Positions 1 through 8,391 are shown, numbered from the stretch's first letter. The stretch is DNA of 23,496 nucleotides from Candidatus Micrarchaeota archaeon (GCA_038046605.1 JBBSVW010000004.1:1-23496); one strand, 5' to 3'. A program made the numbers and translations. Notes: generated by a model from the letters alone, not told the origin.

Positions 1-1
1 C

Positions 2-73
2 CACAATGTCAGGACGCTGGCAAAAAGCGTTTTGAATCAGTTATGGGACGCTCTCATTCAAGTGGTTGGATAA
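2..73 (+). CDS. Possible 3' end of a gene entering from the left edge
   Basis: Frame 2 is open from the edge (HNVRTLAKSVLNQLWDALIQVVG) to TAA at 71-73, convergent with the next gene; too short to identify. Confidence 0.3.
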   Translation, partial: HNVRTLAKSVLNQLWDALIQVVG

Positions 74-110
74 ATAGGGGGTCCGTCATTTATTGGGGCG
101 TTTTTACAAA

Positions 111-326
111 TCAGTCATCGCCATCCCCATCGTCCCCATCATCGTCATCTCCGTCATCCTCATCGCCGCTGGTATCAATCTTCTCATAATCCTCCTTGTC
201 AACGGGCCCTGGCTTTCCCCCACTTTCCCCTTTTGCGCGCATGAAGATGATCCCTAGCACAATAAGGATGACGCCCAAAACCACCTGCCCAAAAAGCGCA
301 AGAATGATTCCTATTAGTATGAGCAA
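111..326 (-). CDS. Small membrane protein with an Asp/Gly-rich acidic C-terminal tail
   Basis: Hydrophobic N-terminal ~29 aa followed by a tail ending GDEDDGDDDDGDDGDGDD; TTG start uncertain because the IS sits 10 bp upstream. Confidence 0.65.
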   Translation of the reverse strand: MLILIGIILALFGQVVLGVILIVLGIIFMRAKGESGGKPGPVDKEDYEKIDTSGDEDDGDDDDGDDGDGDD

Positions 327-336
327 ATCATCAATA

Positions 337-354
337 GCACGTTCGGGTTTTTAA
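337..354 (+). repeat. Left terminal inverted repeat of the IS
   Basis: 15/18 match to the reverse complement of 1284-1301. Confidence 0.88.
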
Positions 355-427
355 GCACTTTTTAATGGGAGATCACGGTAATCTATCCTTAATTCAACCG
401 ACGAAGGAAGAATTGAGGTGATTCACC

Positions 428-1282
428 GTGAATCCGCCCACCTGTTTCACGGAATCCATGTTTAAAGCATTTTCGCAAGCCGTGGAGGCTTGCCTGAAGA
501 GGCTTGTTCCCAACAAGCCTCGCGGTCCGCACCACGACCGCTTTGCCTTGTTCTGGATTCTGCTGCTGCGCTATATGCTCTGCTTTTCTTCCGAAAAGCA
601 TTTGCTCCGAATCCTGAAGGAAATGCCTTGGTTTGCCCGAAGCCTAGGCTTAACGCGCGTCCCTGCGCAAAGCGTTTTGACCGATTTTCGCTCGAAAATC
701 GGGAGCAACGGCTTCCAGAAAATATTCAAATCGCTCGTTTCTCATTTCGTGGAAAGCGGCGGCATAGTTGCCGCCGATTCCTCGTTCTTCAAAGCGTTTG
801 CGAACAAGTACAGGAAGCGCAAGAGCGACAAGGACGCGGCTTGGTACAAACGGAAAAGCAAAACTCTTTTCGGCTTCAAGCTGCACTTGTTGATAGATGC
901 GGAATCCGAGATTCCGCTCGCGTTTTGCGTAACGCCCGCAAATGTCCACGATTCTCAAATCTTCCGCAAGCTGATTGCAAGAGTCAAGGCGGAAATCGCC
1001 TTGGCGGATACGGCGTATGATTCGAAGGAAAATCGCGATGCAGCACTCTCAAGTGGAACACTCCCGATTTTCCCGCATAATAAGCGCCGCAGCAAGCGGC
1101 GCAGGAAGCTCAACCCGCTCGAGCAGATTGTTTACAATCTGCGCGTTTCGATTGAGCGGACGTTCTCGCGTTTGAAGTTCCAGCATGCATTGGATGCGCT
1201 GAAAATGCGCGGCTTGGAAAAAGCCTCAATCCATGCTGCGCTGAGCGTTATTGCGCTACTCGTAAAGAAGGTGATAAAATGA
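428..1282 (+). CDS. DDE transposase (DDE_Tnp_1-like, IS5 family), 284 aa
   Basis: Motifs IVAADSS, FGFKLHL, NVHDS, ADTAYDS and the YREK signature YNLRVSIERTFSRLK; GAGGTGA SD at 415-421 before GTG. Confidence 0.93.
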   Translation: MNPPTCFTESMFKAFSQAVEACLKRLVPNKPRGPHHDRFALFWILLLRYMLCFSSEKHLLRILKEMPWFARSLGLTRVPAQSVLTDFRSKIGSNGFQKIFKSLVSHFVESGGIVAADSSFFKAFANKYRKRKSDKDAAWYKRKSKTLFGFKLHLLIDAESEIPLAFCVTPANVHDSQIFRKLIARVKAEIALADTAYDSKENRDAALSSGTLPIFPHNKRRSKRRRKLNPLEQIVYNLRVSIERTFSRLKFQHALDALKMRGLEKASIHAALSVIALLVKKVIK

Positions 1283-1283
1283 G

Positions 1284-1301
1284 TTCAAAACCCGAACGCC
1301 C
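1284..1301 (-). repeat. Right terminal inverted repeat of the IS
   Basis: TTCAAAACCCGAACGCCC immediately after the transposase stop, followed by TA. Confidence 0.88.
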
Positions 1302-1325
1302 TAGTTCTATTAGAGCCTTTTCCCC

Positions 1326-4184
1326 CTAAATCTTCCCCCTCTTTTGCAGCACGTAATTCTGGGTGACCTTGCAAACCTCATCAATGCCGCGGATTCCCTT
1401 TGCAGAAAGGTCCATCAGGATTTTCTTGCGTACCTCTATCTCATCGTAAATGTCCTTTTTGGTCAGGCCCGTAAAGGTTGCAAGCGTTTGGATGAAATTG
1501 GATGGAAGGCCCGTTGGAAGAAGCTTATCCTTTGCGGCATCCCATGTGAAGAGGATTTGAAGCTTTGGCGATTCGCCCGCTTCCTGGTTGACCTCCGCAA
1601 TTTCCGTAATTCTCCTGATCACTCCCTTGCGCCGATCATGCAAGCGATGCTGCATTATGATGAAATTAAGCGCCCCTACCATGATGGGGGGGACCGAAAT
1701 TGGGGGGCTTTGGATCCGGACCAGCGTTTCATATGCGGAATTCGCATGCACGGTTCCAATGCAGTTTGAAACCAGCATCCCATTTGCTATGTAGGTGTGG
1801 TTATCCTCAACAGTAAGGTCGTAAATATAATCGTCAATTGCAACCATCCCGACGCTCTCAACTTCCTCCCACCTGATTTTTGCATCCGCAAGGTATTTCA
1901 TCTGCTTTGAAATTTTGTTTTCAATAGCTTGGCAAATACGGCTTAGCATCCTCCTTGAAATCTGCCTGGCGCCGGTTTCATATGCCTCAACAATGCCCCT
2001 TGTTTTTACGCCAAGCCTTTTTGCAAGCTCTGTTTGGGTAAGGCCAGATTCCAGCCTTGCATCCCTTGCCAGCCTTGAAATGTTCGGTATCAAATCGTAC
2101 GATGGCCCCGATTTTTCAATCACCAAATCCAAATTCTGCGCTTTTTTGCCATGCCCAAAGCCAATATGCGTCTTGAATTTTTCCAGATTCTCCTTCCCGT
2201 AGATGTTAATTACAAAATAAGGCCCCAAGTTGCCCTTTCCATCCTTCTTTGCTGCGTACGTGCTTGAGCTTATCCCAAAACGAAGGAGAAGGAGGGGGGC
2301 AATTTTTGCAAATGTGGGGTTTGCACTTGAGAGGCAAACACCAGAACTATGCAAATTCGCCCAGCCATCGCAATCATACATCCCCCCAAGGAACAAGGCA
2401 ATTTCAGTGTTGCCTGATGTCAGCAGTTTGTTGTTTAGCTCGAAAATCTTTGTCTTGTTCCCAAATGGCACGCCATAATCCTGATGGAATTTTGCCGTGA
2501 GTGCCCTATCCCAAACAGCTGCGCGATAATAGTTCCCATAGTCCAGGCGGGTTACCTTATGGGCGCTGATTTGGGAGATTTCCCCTGCAAATGCATCTAC
2601 AAGGGGTTTATTTGCGTTCACAAACTGGATAGCATTGGCATTGATGTGCCCATCGCCATAAATCAGCCCCGCAAGATAGGGTGAGGGCATTTTCCCTCCG
2701 TCATTTGCAACATTTAGTTCCGCAGGAAAGCCCAGGTAATCTCCTTTCTTGACCTCGCCGGCAGCAATTTCACTAATCCCCTCGTAAATTTTATACACCG
2801 GATGGTCGTTGGTGAAAGTTATTTCCTTCCCGGATTTGAAGGCGATTTTCACCATTTTCCTTTTGGTTTTTTTCCTCCAAACTCTCCTTACCTGTTTATC
2901 CTCCATTTCCAATGTTTTCTTATTCAGGCTAACCGCGAAAAGTGGCTCCTTAATTTCTGCATATTCGAACCCATCCTCCCTGCGGATGGCGCCCTTGTTG
3001 AAATGCCTAAGCGCAATATCGCTTATTCTCTCAATCATGCCATCGGACAATTGAATTAGTGAATTCCCATTCAAGGCCCCCCGATGGCCGGTATTCATTG
3101 CCGTGAAAAGCGTAAAGCCCTCCTCCCCCCGGATTTCACCGACAATTATCCTATCCGGCCTCATCCTAAGCGAATTTTTAACCAGTGTATCCATGCTAAT
3201 TTCCCCCGTCCCCTCGGCGGAAGCTGGCCTGACCTCCATCCGGACCCAATGTTCAAGTGGAAGGGCGAGTTCCGCGGTGTCTTCAATAGAAATAATCCTC
3301 TCATCTTTTGGTATGAACGTAGAGAGCACGTTTAGCGTGGATGTTTTTCCAGAAGCCGTCCCTCCGGATACCAGCACGTTTGCCGGGAACGCCCCAAAAC
3401 CATCGCTTATGGTCCAAAGGAAGGCGGCGACATCAAAATCCATCGTTCCGTATTTGATAAGGTCGATTACCGTGAAGGGATCCTTCCTAAATTTCCTAAG
3501 CGTCAGGGTTGAGCCATCAATTGATGCCGGCGGGATCGTCGCATTCACCCTCGAGCCATCCGCAAGCCTTGCATCTAAGAGGGGCGATTGGATATCGATC
3601 CTCCTGCCAACCGTTCTTGCCATCTTGTCGATGAGGTTGATAATGTCCTTATCCTCGTAGTATACTATGTTGGTTTTCATCATCTCATACTTGCGGTGGA
3701 AAACAAATACTGGCTTTCCGGGCCCAACGATCATGATTTCCTCCAGCATGTCGTCATCAAGCAGGGGATCAATTATTCCAAAGCCCGTCATCTCCTTGAC
3801 AACCGCCTCTGCATAGAACTGCTTGGCATGGATTGGGATCTTGAGTTCGGGAGTGTTGGCGATGATTTCGAGCACTTTTTGCAGGTATTTTGCGCGTTTT
3901 TCATCACGTGCGAGCTTGATTGTTTCAGATTCGGATATTACCCCTGTTGTGATTTCAAGAAGGGTGTTGATAAGCCCGCGCTCCTCGCCCTTAAGGTGGG
4001 GCGCAGGCACCTCATAAATGTAAAGCGGCTCGTTTGGCTCCTTGTAGATGCGCACATCGCCATAGCTTTCGACAAGCAGGATTTCAGATTTTTTCTCCTC
4101 GGATTGCTTTGGCGCATCCTCGCCTTGCGGAGATTGGGCCTTCTTTTGCGCTTTGGCGCGATCAAGTGCATCTTGGAGGTTCAT
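1326..4184 (-). CDS. CpaF/VirB11-family (KlbA-like) type IV pilus/secretion ATPase containing an intein; 952-aa precursor, ~514 aa spliced
   Basis: Walker A GGTASGKT, Asp box ISIEDTAEL, Walker B LRMRPDRIIVGEIRG, His box MNTGHRG|CIGTVHANS split by the intein. Start placed at MNLQDALD (ATG 4184); the longer track ORF overlaps a divergent gene. Confidence 0.93.
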   Translation of the reverse strand: MNLQDALDRAKAQKKAQSPQGEDAPKQSEEKKSEILLVESYGDVRIYKEPNEPLYIYEVPAPHLKGEERGLINTLLEITTGVISESETIKLARDEKRAKYLQKVLEIIANTPELKIPIHAKQFYAEAVVKEMTGFGIIDPLLDDDMLEEIMIVGPGKPVFVFHRKYEMMKTNIVYYEDKDIINLIDKMARTVGRRIDIQSPLLDARLADGSRVNATIPPASIDGSTLTLRKFRKDPFTVIDLIKYGTMDFDVAAFLWTISDGFGAFPANVLVSGGTASGKTSTLNVLSTFIPKDERIISIEDTAELALPLEHWVRMEVRPASAEGTGEISMDTLVKNSLRMRPDRIIVGEIRGEEGFTLFTAMNTGHRGALNGNSLIQLSDGMIERISDIALRHFNKGAIRREDGFEYAEIKEPLFAVSLNKKTLEMEDKQVRRVWRKKTKRKMVKIAFKSGKEITFTNDHPVYKIYEGISEIAAGEVKKGDYLGFPAELNVANDGGKMPSPYLAGLIYGDGHINANAIQFVNANKPLVDAFAGEISQISAHKVTRLDYGNYYRAAVWDRALTAKFHQDYGVPFGNKTKIFELNNKLLTSGNTEIALFLGGMYDCDGWANLHSSGVCLSSANPTFAKIAPLLLLRFGISSSTYAAKKDGKGNLGPYFVINIYGKENLEKFKTHIGFGHGKKAQNLDLVIEKSGPSYDLIPNISRLARDARLESGLTQTELAKRLGVKTRGIVEAYETGARQISRRMLSRICQAIENKISKQMKYLADAKIRWEEVESVGMVAIDDYIYDLTVEDNHTYIANGMLVSNCIGTVHANSAYETLVRIQSPPISVPPIMVGALNFIIMQHRLHDRRKGVIRRITEIAEVNQEAGESPKLQILFTWDAAKDKLLPTGLPSNFIQTLATFTGLTKKDIYDEIEVRKKILMDLSAKGIRGIDEVCKVTQNYVLQKRGKI
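1764..3077 (-). mobile_element. Class 2 (Ala1) intein, 438 aa, with LAGLIDADG homing endonuclease and XRE-type HTH
   Basis: N-junction GHRG/ALNGNSLIQLSDG; block B TFTNDHPVY; LAGLIDADG motifs YLAGLIYGDG and FLGGMYDCDG; blocks F/G IYDLTVEDNHTYIANGMLVSN/C; same site and Ala...Ser-Asn/Cys junctions as the M. jannaschii KlbA intein. Confidence 0.93.
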
Positions 4185-4483
4185 GTTTTTTTCAAAAAAA
4201 TGAGCGCAGGGAAGTTCAAAAACCCATATGCAAGCATATTTATTAAAAAAAACTTTCGAAGGGGATGGGCGTAAGGAAATGCCCCTGAAACTGCCTGCAA
4301 TGCGCCTTTTTCCCCTTTTTTTGGGCAAAATCCCAGCTTGAAAGCCAATTTCGCTATTGCGTTCGCCTATTATTGCGCAGAATCCCAATCCCCAGGCCAA
4401 ACCGCATTTTTTACTTCCTTTTTTATCCCGATTTCCAATTTCAAATAGAAAGCTTAAAAAACAACATTTGATTTTGTTTGCAT

Positions 4484-4789
4484 ATGGGCATCGAATCTGA
4501 CGTGCAGCTTGCAGCCGGCATACTGGTGGTGTTCGACATACTTTTCTTCTATGTGCTAAAACGGCTCTCAAAAGTGTACAACAAGCTCCACGGAAGGCTC
4601 GAGCGCAAGGCGGGCGATGTTGCCGTGTACCTTTCACACGTGAATGAGGATAGGGCGCACCTTGAAAAGGCAATGGCAAACAAGATAGAGCGGCAATGGG
4701 CGGAAACACACTTTTCGGCGGCGTTTTTGGATATGAAATCCGGCAGGGCCGAAAAAGCCCGGGCAAAACTTGTCATGTCTTTGAAATGA
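4484..4789 (+). CDS. Single-TM coiled-coil protein (pair 1, gene A)
   Basis: ATG 4484 about 25-30 bp after GAAAGCTTAAAAA; N-terminal TM followed by a charged helical region. Confidence 0.75.
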   Translation: MGIESDVQLAAGILVVFDILFFYVLKRLSKVYNKLHGRLERKAGDVAVYLSHVNEDRAHLEKAMANKIERQWAETHFSAAFLDMKSGRAEKARAKLVMSLK

Positions 4790-5109
4790 GGGATCTATAT
4801 ATGATGGCAATAATTGGCGGCGTTAATGACTTTACACTCCTTCTATTCGTTTTGGTATTTGCGGCCTTCATATGGATGCTAAAGCTTGCCTCCGATCTCA
4901 AGGCGGCGATACTCCAGCGCAGCAAATCGCTCGATTCGAAGGTCACGAATCTTGAGAGCAAGGCCGTTTCGATTCGGCGAGAGGTTGTGGAGCTGCACAA
5001 GGCCGTTTCCCAAAAGCTTGACCGGGAGGAGTTCGAAAAGCGCATAGATGGGCTTGTTGCCCTGGTTGGCAAGAAGAAGGAGGCGGAAAGGAAAAAGGAC
5101 GTTAGGTGA
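4786..5109 (+). CDS. Single-TM coiled-coil protein (pair 1, gene B)
   Basis: ATGA overlap with the previous stop (alternative starts 4801/4804); TM FTLLLFVLVFAAFIWML then heptad-patterned helix. Confidence 0.8.
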   Translation: MRDLYMMAIIGGVNDFTLLLFVLVFAAFIWMLKLASDLKAAILQRSKSLDSKVTNLESKAVSIRREVVELHKAVSQKLDREEFEKRIDGLVALVGKKKEAERKKDVR

Positions 5110-5254
5110 ATTTTTCCCCAAAGCGCCGGGCAGGCGGATCCCCCTGTATTTTCCAACCCACCTTGCGGATTATGTTTTTTTATCGCACAAATTTTATCCT
5201 TATCTGCGTCCCCAAATTTTCGCCTCCCTAGTTTTTCCTTTCCCCGGCCTTAAC

Positions 5255-5268
5255 CAATATATTTAAAC
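5255..5268 (+). promoter_or_regulatory. Putative TATA box of the pilin-like operon
   Basis: AATATATTTAAA about 30 bp upstream of ATG 5298, consistent with a leaderless or short-leader transcript. Confidence 0.5.
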
Positions 5269-5297
5269 CACCAAACCGTAATCGCTTCGAAGAAAGT

Positions 5298-5765
5298 ATG
5301 CACCTAAAGGGCCAATTTGCAATCGAGATGTTCTTTGCATTCACTTTTGCCATCCTTTTGATTTTTTGGCTCGTGAACTACCTTGAGGTGTTTTCGAACG
5401 TGTCCGAAAAGGCGCCCCTTGTGCAAACCCAGCGGCTAATTGCTAGGGATATCGTGCGCATTGCAAACGATGTATGCGTGTATGGGGGGAATGCCTCGAT
5501 TTCAAGCCTCAAATCGCAAATTGATGCCCCCTGCCTGATACAGCGCCAGCAGAACTGGTATTACAATATTTCCGTGGATTCCGACCAAAAAACCCTGCTC
5601 ATTTTCAGCGATGTAACAAATATCACGGTTAAATACAAGGCAGCGTGCATCCTTGACATCAATGCGAATTTGACAAGCTGCTCTGCGTTCAGCAAGCTTT
5701 GCATATTCAAATTCGAGTCAGGAGGCGAGCAAAAAGTGAAAATCCAGTCCGGTGCATGCCCATGA
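5298..5765 (+). CDS. Type IV pilin-like protein (class III signal peptide)
   Basis: MHLKG/QFAIEMFFAFTFAILLIFWL: KG cleavage motif, Q+1, E+5, hydrophobic helix; several Cys and NxS/T sequons. Confidence 0.85.
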   Translation: MHLKGQFAIEMFFAFTFAILLIFWLVNYLEVFSNVSEKAPLVQTQRLIARDIVRIANDVCVYGGNASISSLKSQIDAPCLIQRQQNWYYNISVDSDQKTLLIFSDVTNITVKYKAACILDINANLTSCSAFSKLCIFKFESGGEQKVKIQSGACP

Positions 5766-6139
5766 GGGCGCAATTATTCTCAATGGATTTTGTCATAGCA
5801 ATGGCGATATTGACAATAGCCATAGGCGTAACACTGCAAACCGTTGACAATTTCCAAAAAAGGGTGCAATTCATTGAAGGGGCCCAAACTAACAATGCGG
5901 AAATGATTGCGCAGGCGTATGTTTCCAACTCAACCGGGCCGCCATGGTCCATACCCGGCTTTGCCAACGCAACGCCCTACTGCTACCAATTCTCAAACAC
6001 TACTGGCAATTGCGATTTAGGCGGCGGCTTCAAATGCCCCAAAAACACTTTCACGGCAACGCGCCTTCTTAGGTGCACGAACACAGCGCTGCCTGCCGGC
6101 TATTATGCCTGCTCCATCCAGATCAGGGCGTGCGAATGA
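5762..6139 (+). CDS. Minor pilin-like protein (class III signal peptide)
   Basis: MRA/QLFSMDFVIAMAILTIAIG; ATGA overlap with the previous gene; Cys-rich C-terminus. Confidence 0.8.
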   Translation: MRAQLFSMDFVIAMAILTIAIGVTLQTVDNFQKRVQFIEGAQTNNAEMIAQAYVSNSTGPPWSIPGFANATPYCYQFSNTTGNCDLGGGFKCPKNTFTATRLLRCTNTALPAGYYACSIQIRACE

Positions 6140-6253
6140 AAATTGATGCGATTATGTTTAATGAAATGCGAAAAAATTATTAAGGAAAAATACGCTAAAT
6201 TGAAAAAATGAAGGAATTTGAAATTGATAAAATATAAAAAAGCGGCCCTAAAC

Positions 6254-7270
6254 ATGAATAATCATCAAAATCAAAAAGCGACTGAAATTGAAGCCCCCTC
6301 TAGCCAAAGGGCCTTCATCTTTACCATCGATGCCATGTTTTCACTTGGAGCAATTGCCCTCCTTGCGATGGTCTACATGATCCTTTCGAATTCCCATTTC
6401 GAAGCCCAGCGCTATTCCTCCCTTGAAAATCAGGGGAGGGATTATTTGAGCTTATATTATAGGCAAAATATTGCAATCTACCCGAATAATTTTTCAGTCC
6501 TAACTGGTAGCCACAGGGCGTATAATCTTGGTTATATGAGAATGACCTTTGACCACGGGCCCCTCAATTCCATTCGGCACTATTTGGTTAATATTAGCGG
6601 TAGTTGGTATGTGGAAAATGGCAGGGTTTATGTCACATATGATGATCCTGCCATCATAAAAAATGCTATAGCGCCATCCTTCAATTATTCCGATATGTAT
6701 GCTGAAGTAAGTGCAATGTTCACTGCGAGTGGCGGCTCGGGGCCTCGCATGGGAATTGGCATAAGGTCCGGTTATGATGGAAAAAGATATGTGTGCATTA
6801 TGGATGGTAGTAGCCAATTGGTATTGTGGGCGGCTAATAGCTGGTCGCAGGATTTAAGCTATTCTCAACCAGGTTACTTGAAAAGCGAATACATCGACCT
6901 TCTACAAAATAATGACTGGTATAAGATGTGGATATTGGCCAATCGGACGCAGATAAGTTGTGGAATCAGAAGCATCAAATGGGGGTTCCCGGAGCAAATT
7001 AATTTTGTCGATAATCAATATTCCTGGGGTTTTCCTACGCTTTATGCTGTGGAAAACGGTTATGGCAATGATGTATATTTTGATAACTTTTCCGTATATA
7101 CTTTATCCGTTCCTGGTAATAACACTCTGCTTCGCAGCGTCCTTTATCATTACAATTACCCCTGCGATAATCCGATAAATGATGCGCCTTATGGGATCCT
7201 AAAAACAGATAGTTGCCTGAAATTTCAGGAGAATCTAACGCAAATTAGAAAAGAGGTTTGGATCTCATGA
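6254..7270 (+). CDS. Pilin-like protein with a concanavalin-A-like (DUF1080/LamG-type) beta-sandwich domain
   Basis: QRA/FIFTIDAMFSLGAIALL class III-like motif; central SGSWYVENG...MGIGIRS...WYKMWI...VYFDNFSV pattern; start uncertain (6218 or 6254). Confidence 0.72.
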   Translation: MNNHQNQKATEIEAPSSQRAFIFTIDAMFSLGAIALLAMVYMILSNSHFEAQRYSSLENQGRDYLSLYYRQNIAIYPNNFSVLTGSHRAYNLGYMRMTFDHGPLNSIRHYLVNISGSWYVENGRVYVTYDDPAIIKNAIAPSFNYSDMYAEVSAMFTASGGSGPRMGIGIRSGYDGKRYVCIMDGSSQLVLWAANSWSQDLSYSQPGYLKSEYIDLLQNNDWYKMWILANRTQISCGIRSIKWGFPEQINFVDNQYSWGFPTLYAVENGYGNDVYFDNFSVYTLSVPGNNTLLRSVLYHYNYPCDNPINDAPYGILKTDSCLKFQENLTQIRKEVWIS

Positions 7271-7878
7271 AAAAGGCGTTTTTCTCATTTGTAACAATAA
7301 CGCTCGTTGCGCTAGTCCTCTTCATGGCGGTATCATATTTATACGCCTTCAGGGACCTGGGCCATATCGCCCAAAAGGATCTGGAGGTTAGGCGCGTGGC
7401 CGAAAGGATGGATGACATGAGGCTGGCACTTAACCGTACGCTGATCGATGCCATGATTGATTCGGGATATTACTCATACGGCTGCATTTCTGGCAGCAAT
7501 GCTGTGGGATCTGGTTTTTGCACAAATTTCACCAATTATGCGACTTGGTATGCTGCAAACCTGTCTGCTGCCGCAATAGATGAGGTTTATGTCAATGTTA
7601 CCCTGCTAAATTCCGGCTGCCTGGACGATATTCGAAGCGCCGGGCAAAGGTCCCATGGCAACACTTTTGTTAACGTAACGAAAAATATCACCATGTCCTA
7701 CCAAATAATCACTTCCCTTCCGGCATCCAATTGGAAGGAAACACTCTATTACAATTTCTCCATTAATTTATCTAGATCCGACCTCATAACCGGCGGCTCG
7801 CCTAGATTTGTCATGTCCTACGATGGCATCACTTTGAACCGCTCTGTTCGCAACGAAACCATATATGTAAATTGCTGA
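7267..7878 (+). CDS. Pilin-like protein (class III signal peptide)
   Basis: MKKA/FFSFVTITLVALVLFM; ATGA overlap; many NxS/T sequons. Confidence 0.75.
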   Translation: MKKAFFSFVTITLVALVLFMAVSYLYAFRDLGHIAQKDLEVRRVAERMDDMRLALNRTLIDAMIDSGYYSYGCISGSNAVGSGFCTNFTNYATWYAANLSAAAIDEVYVNVTLLNSGCLDDIRSAGQRSHGNTFVNVTKNITMSYQIITSLPASNWKETLYYNFSINLSRSDLITGGSPRFVMSYDGITLNRSVRNETIYVNC

Positions 7879-7926
7879 TTTAGGGTTAATCGCCATTCCC
7901 TGCCGCATTCCAACCTACTCCCCCTT

Positions 7927-7943
7927 CGAAACCCTTAAATAAA
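7927..7943 (+). promoter_or_regulatory. Putative BRE/TATA
   Basis: CGAAACCCTTAAATAAA about 35 bp upstream of ATG 7975. Confidence 0.5.
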
Positions 7944-7974
7944 CGCCCTGGGTAACCACTATGGGGGGAAAAAG

Positions 7975-8301
7975 ATGCGCCAGGTTGCGGTGCTTATTGG
8001 GGTATTGTTTGTCGCATTGATATTCAATTCCATCCTTCCAAAGGGCAATGGCGCCGATCTGGATAGGGCAACGGTTGAAAAGTTCATCATCGAGGATGCA
8101 AGGACAACCTACGGCGAATTCGGATCCTATAAAATTGTAAAATTCGAAAAGCCGGATTCGAAATGGGCTGTTGAGCTTGATATTACGCTCAATTACAATG
8201 TCGCTCCGGGAACCCCTGCCTCATGCTCCAAAACCTTCCGGCGCTACTATGAGCTATTTCCCATAAAATACCGCGAGGAGCTCTACAAGTCAACGTGCTA
8301 A
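7975..8301 (+). CDS. Hypothetical secreted or membrane-anchored protein
   Basis: N-terminal hydrophobic segment, one Cys pair, upstream promoter-like motif. Confidence 0.75.
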   Translation: MRQVAVLIGVLFVALIFNSILPKGNGADLDRATVEKFIIEDARTTYGEFGSYKIVKFEKPDSKWAVELDITLNYNVAPGTPASCSKTFRRYYELFPIKYREELYKSTC

Positions 8302-8391
8302 TTTGAGCTGCTAGGCGCCGGATTTGTAGGTTTGCAATCCAATGGTTTGTCTAGCCTATTTTTGCCCAATTGCACTTTTAGTTGCATTTTA

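Larger units (their letters stand above)
337..1301 (+). mobile_element. IS5-family (IS4/IS5 superfamily) insertion sequence, 965 bp
   Basis: Left end GCACGTTCGGGTTTTTAA (337-354) vs reverse complement of 1284-1301 GGGCGTTCGGGTTTTGAA, 15/18 identical; TA on both flanks (335-336, 1302-1303); single DDE transposase inside. Confidence 0.9.

Noticed and set aside
4185-4766. 194-aa N-terminal extension of the ATPase in the ORF track
   Set aside because: Overlaps the divergent gene 4484-4789 and the AT-rich intergenic region; sequence is not protein-like; ATG 4184 fits better
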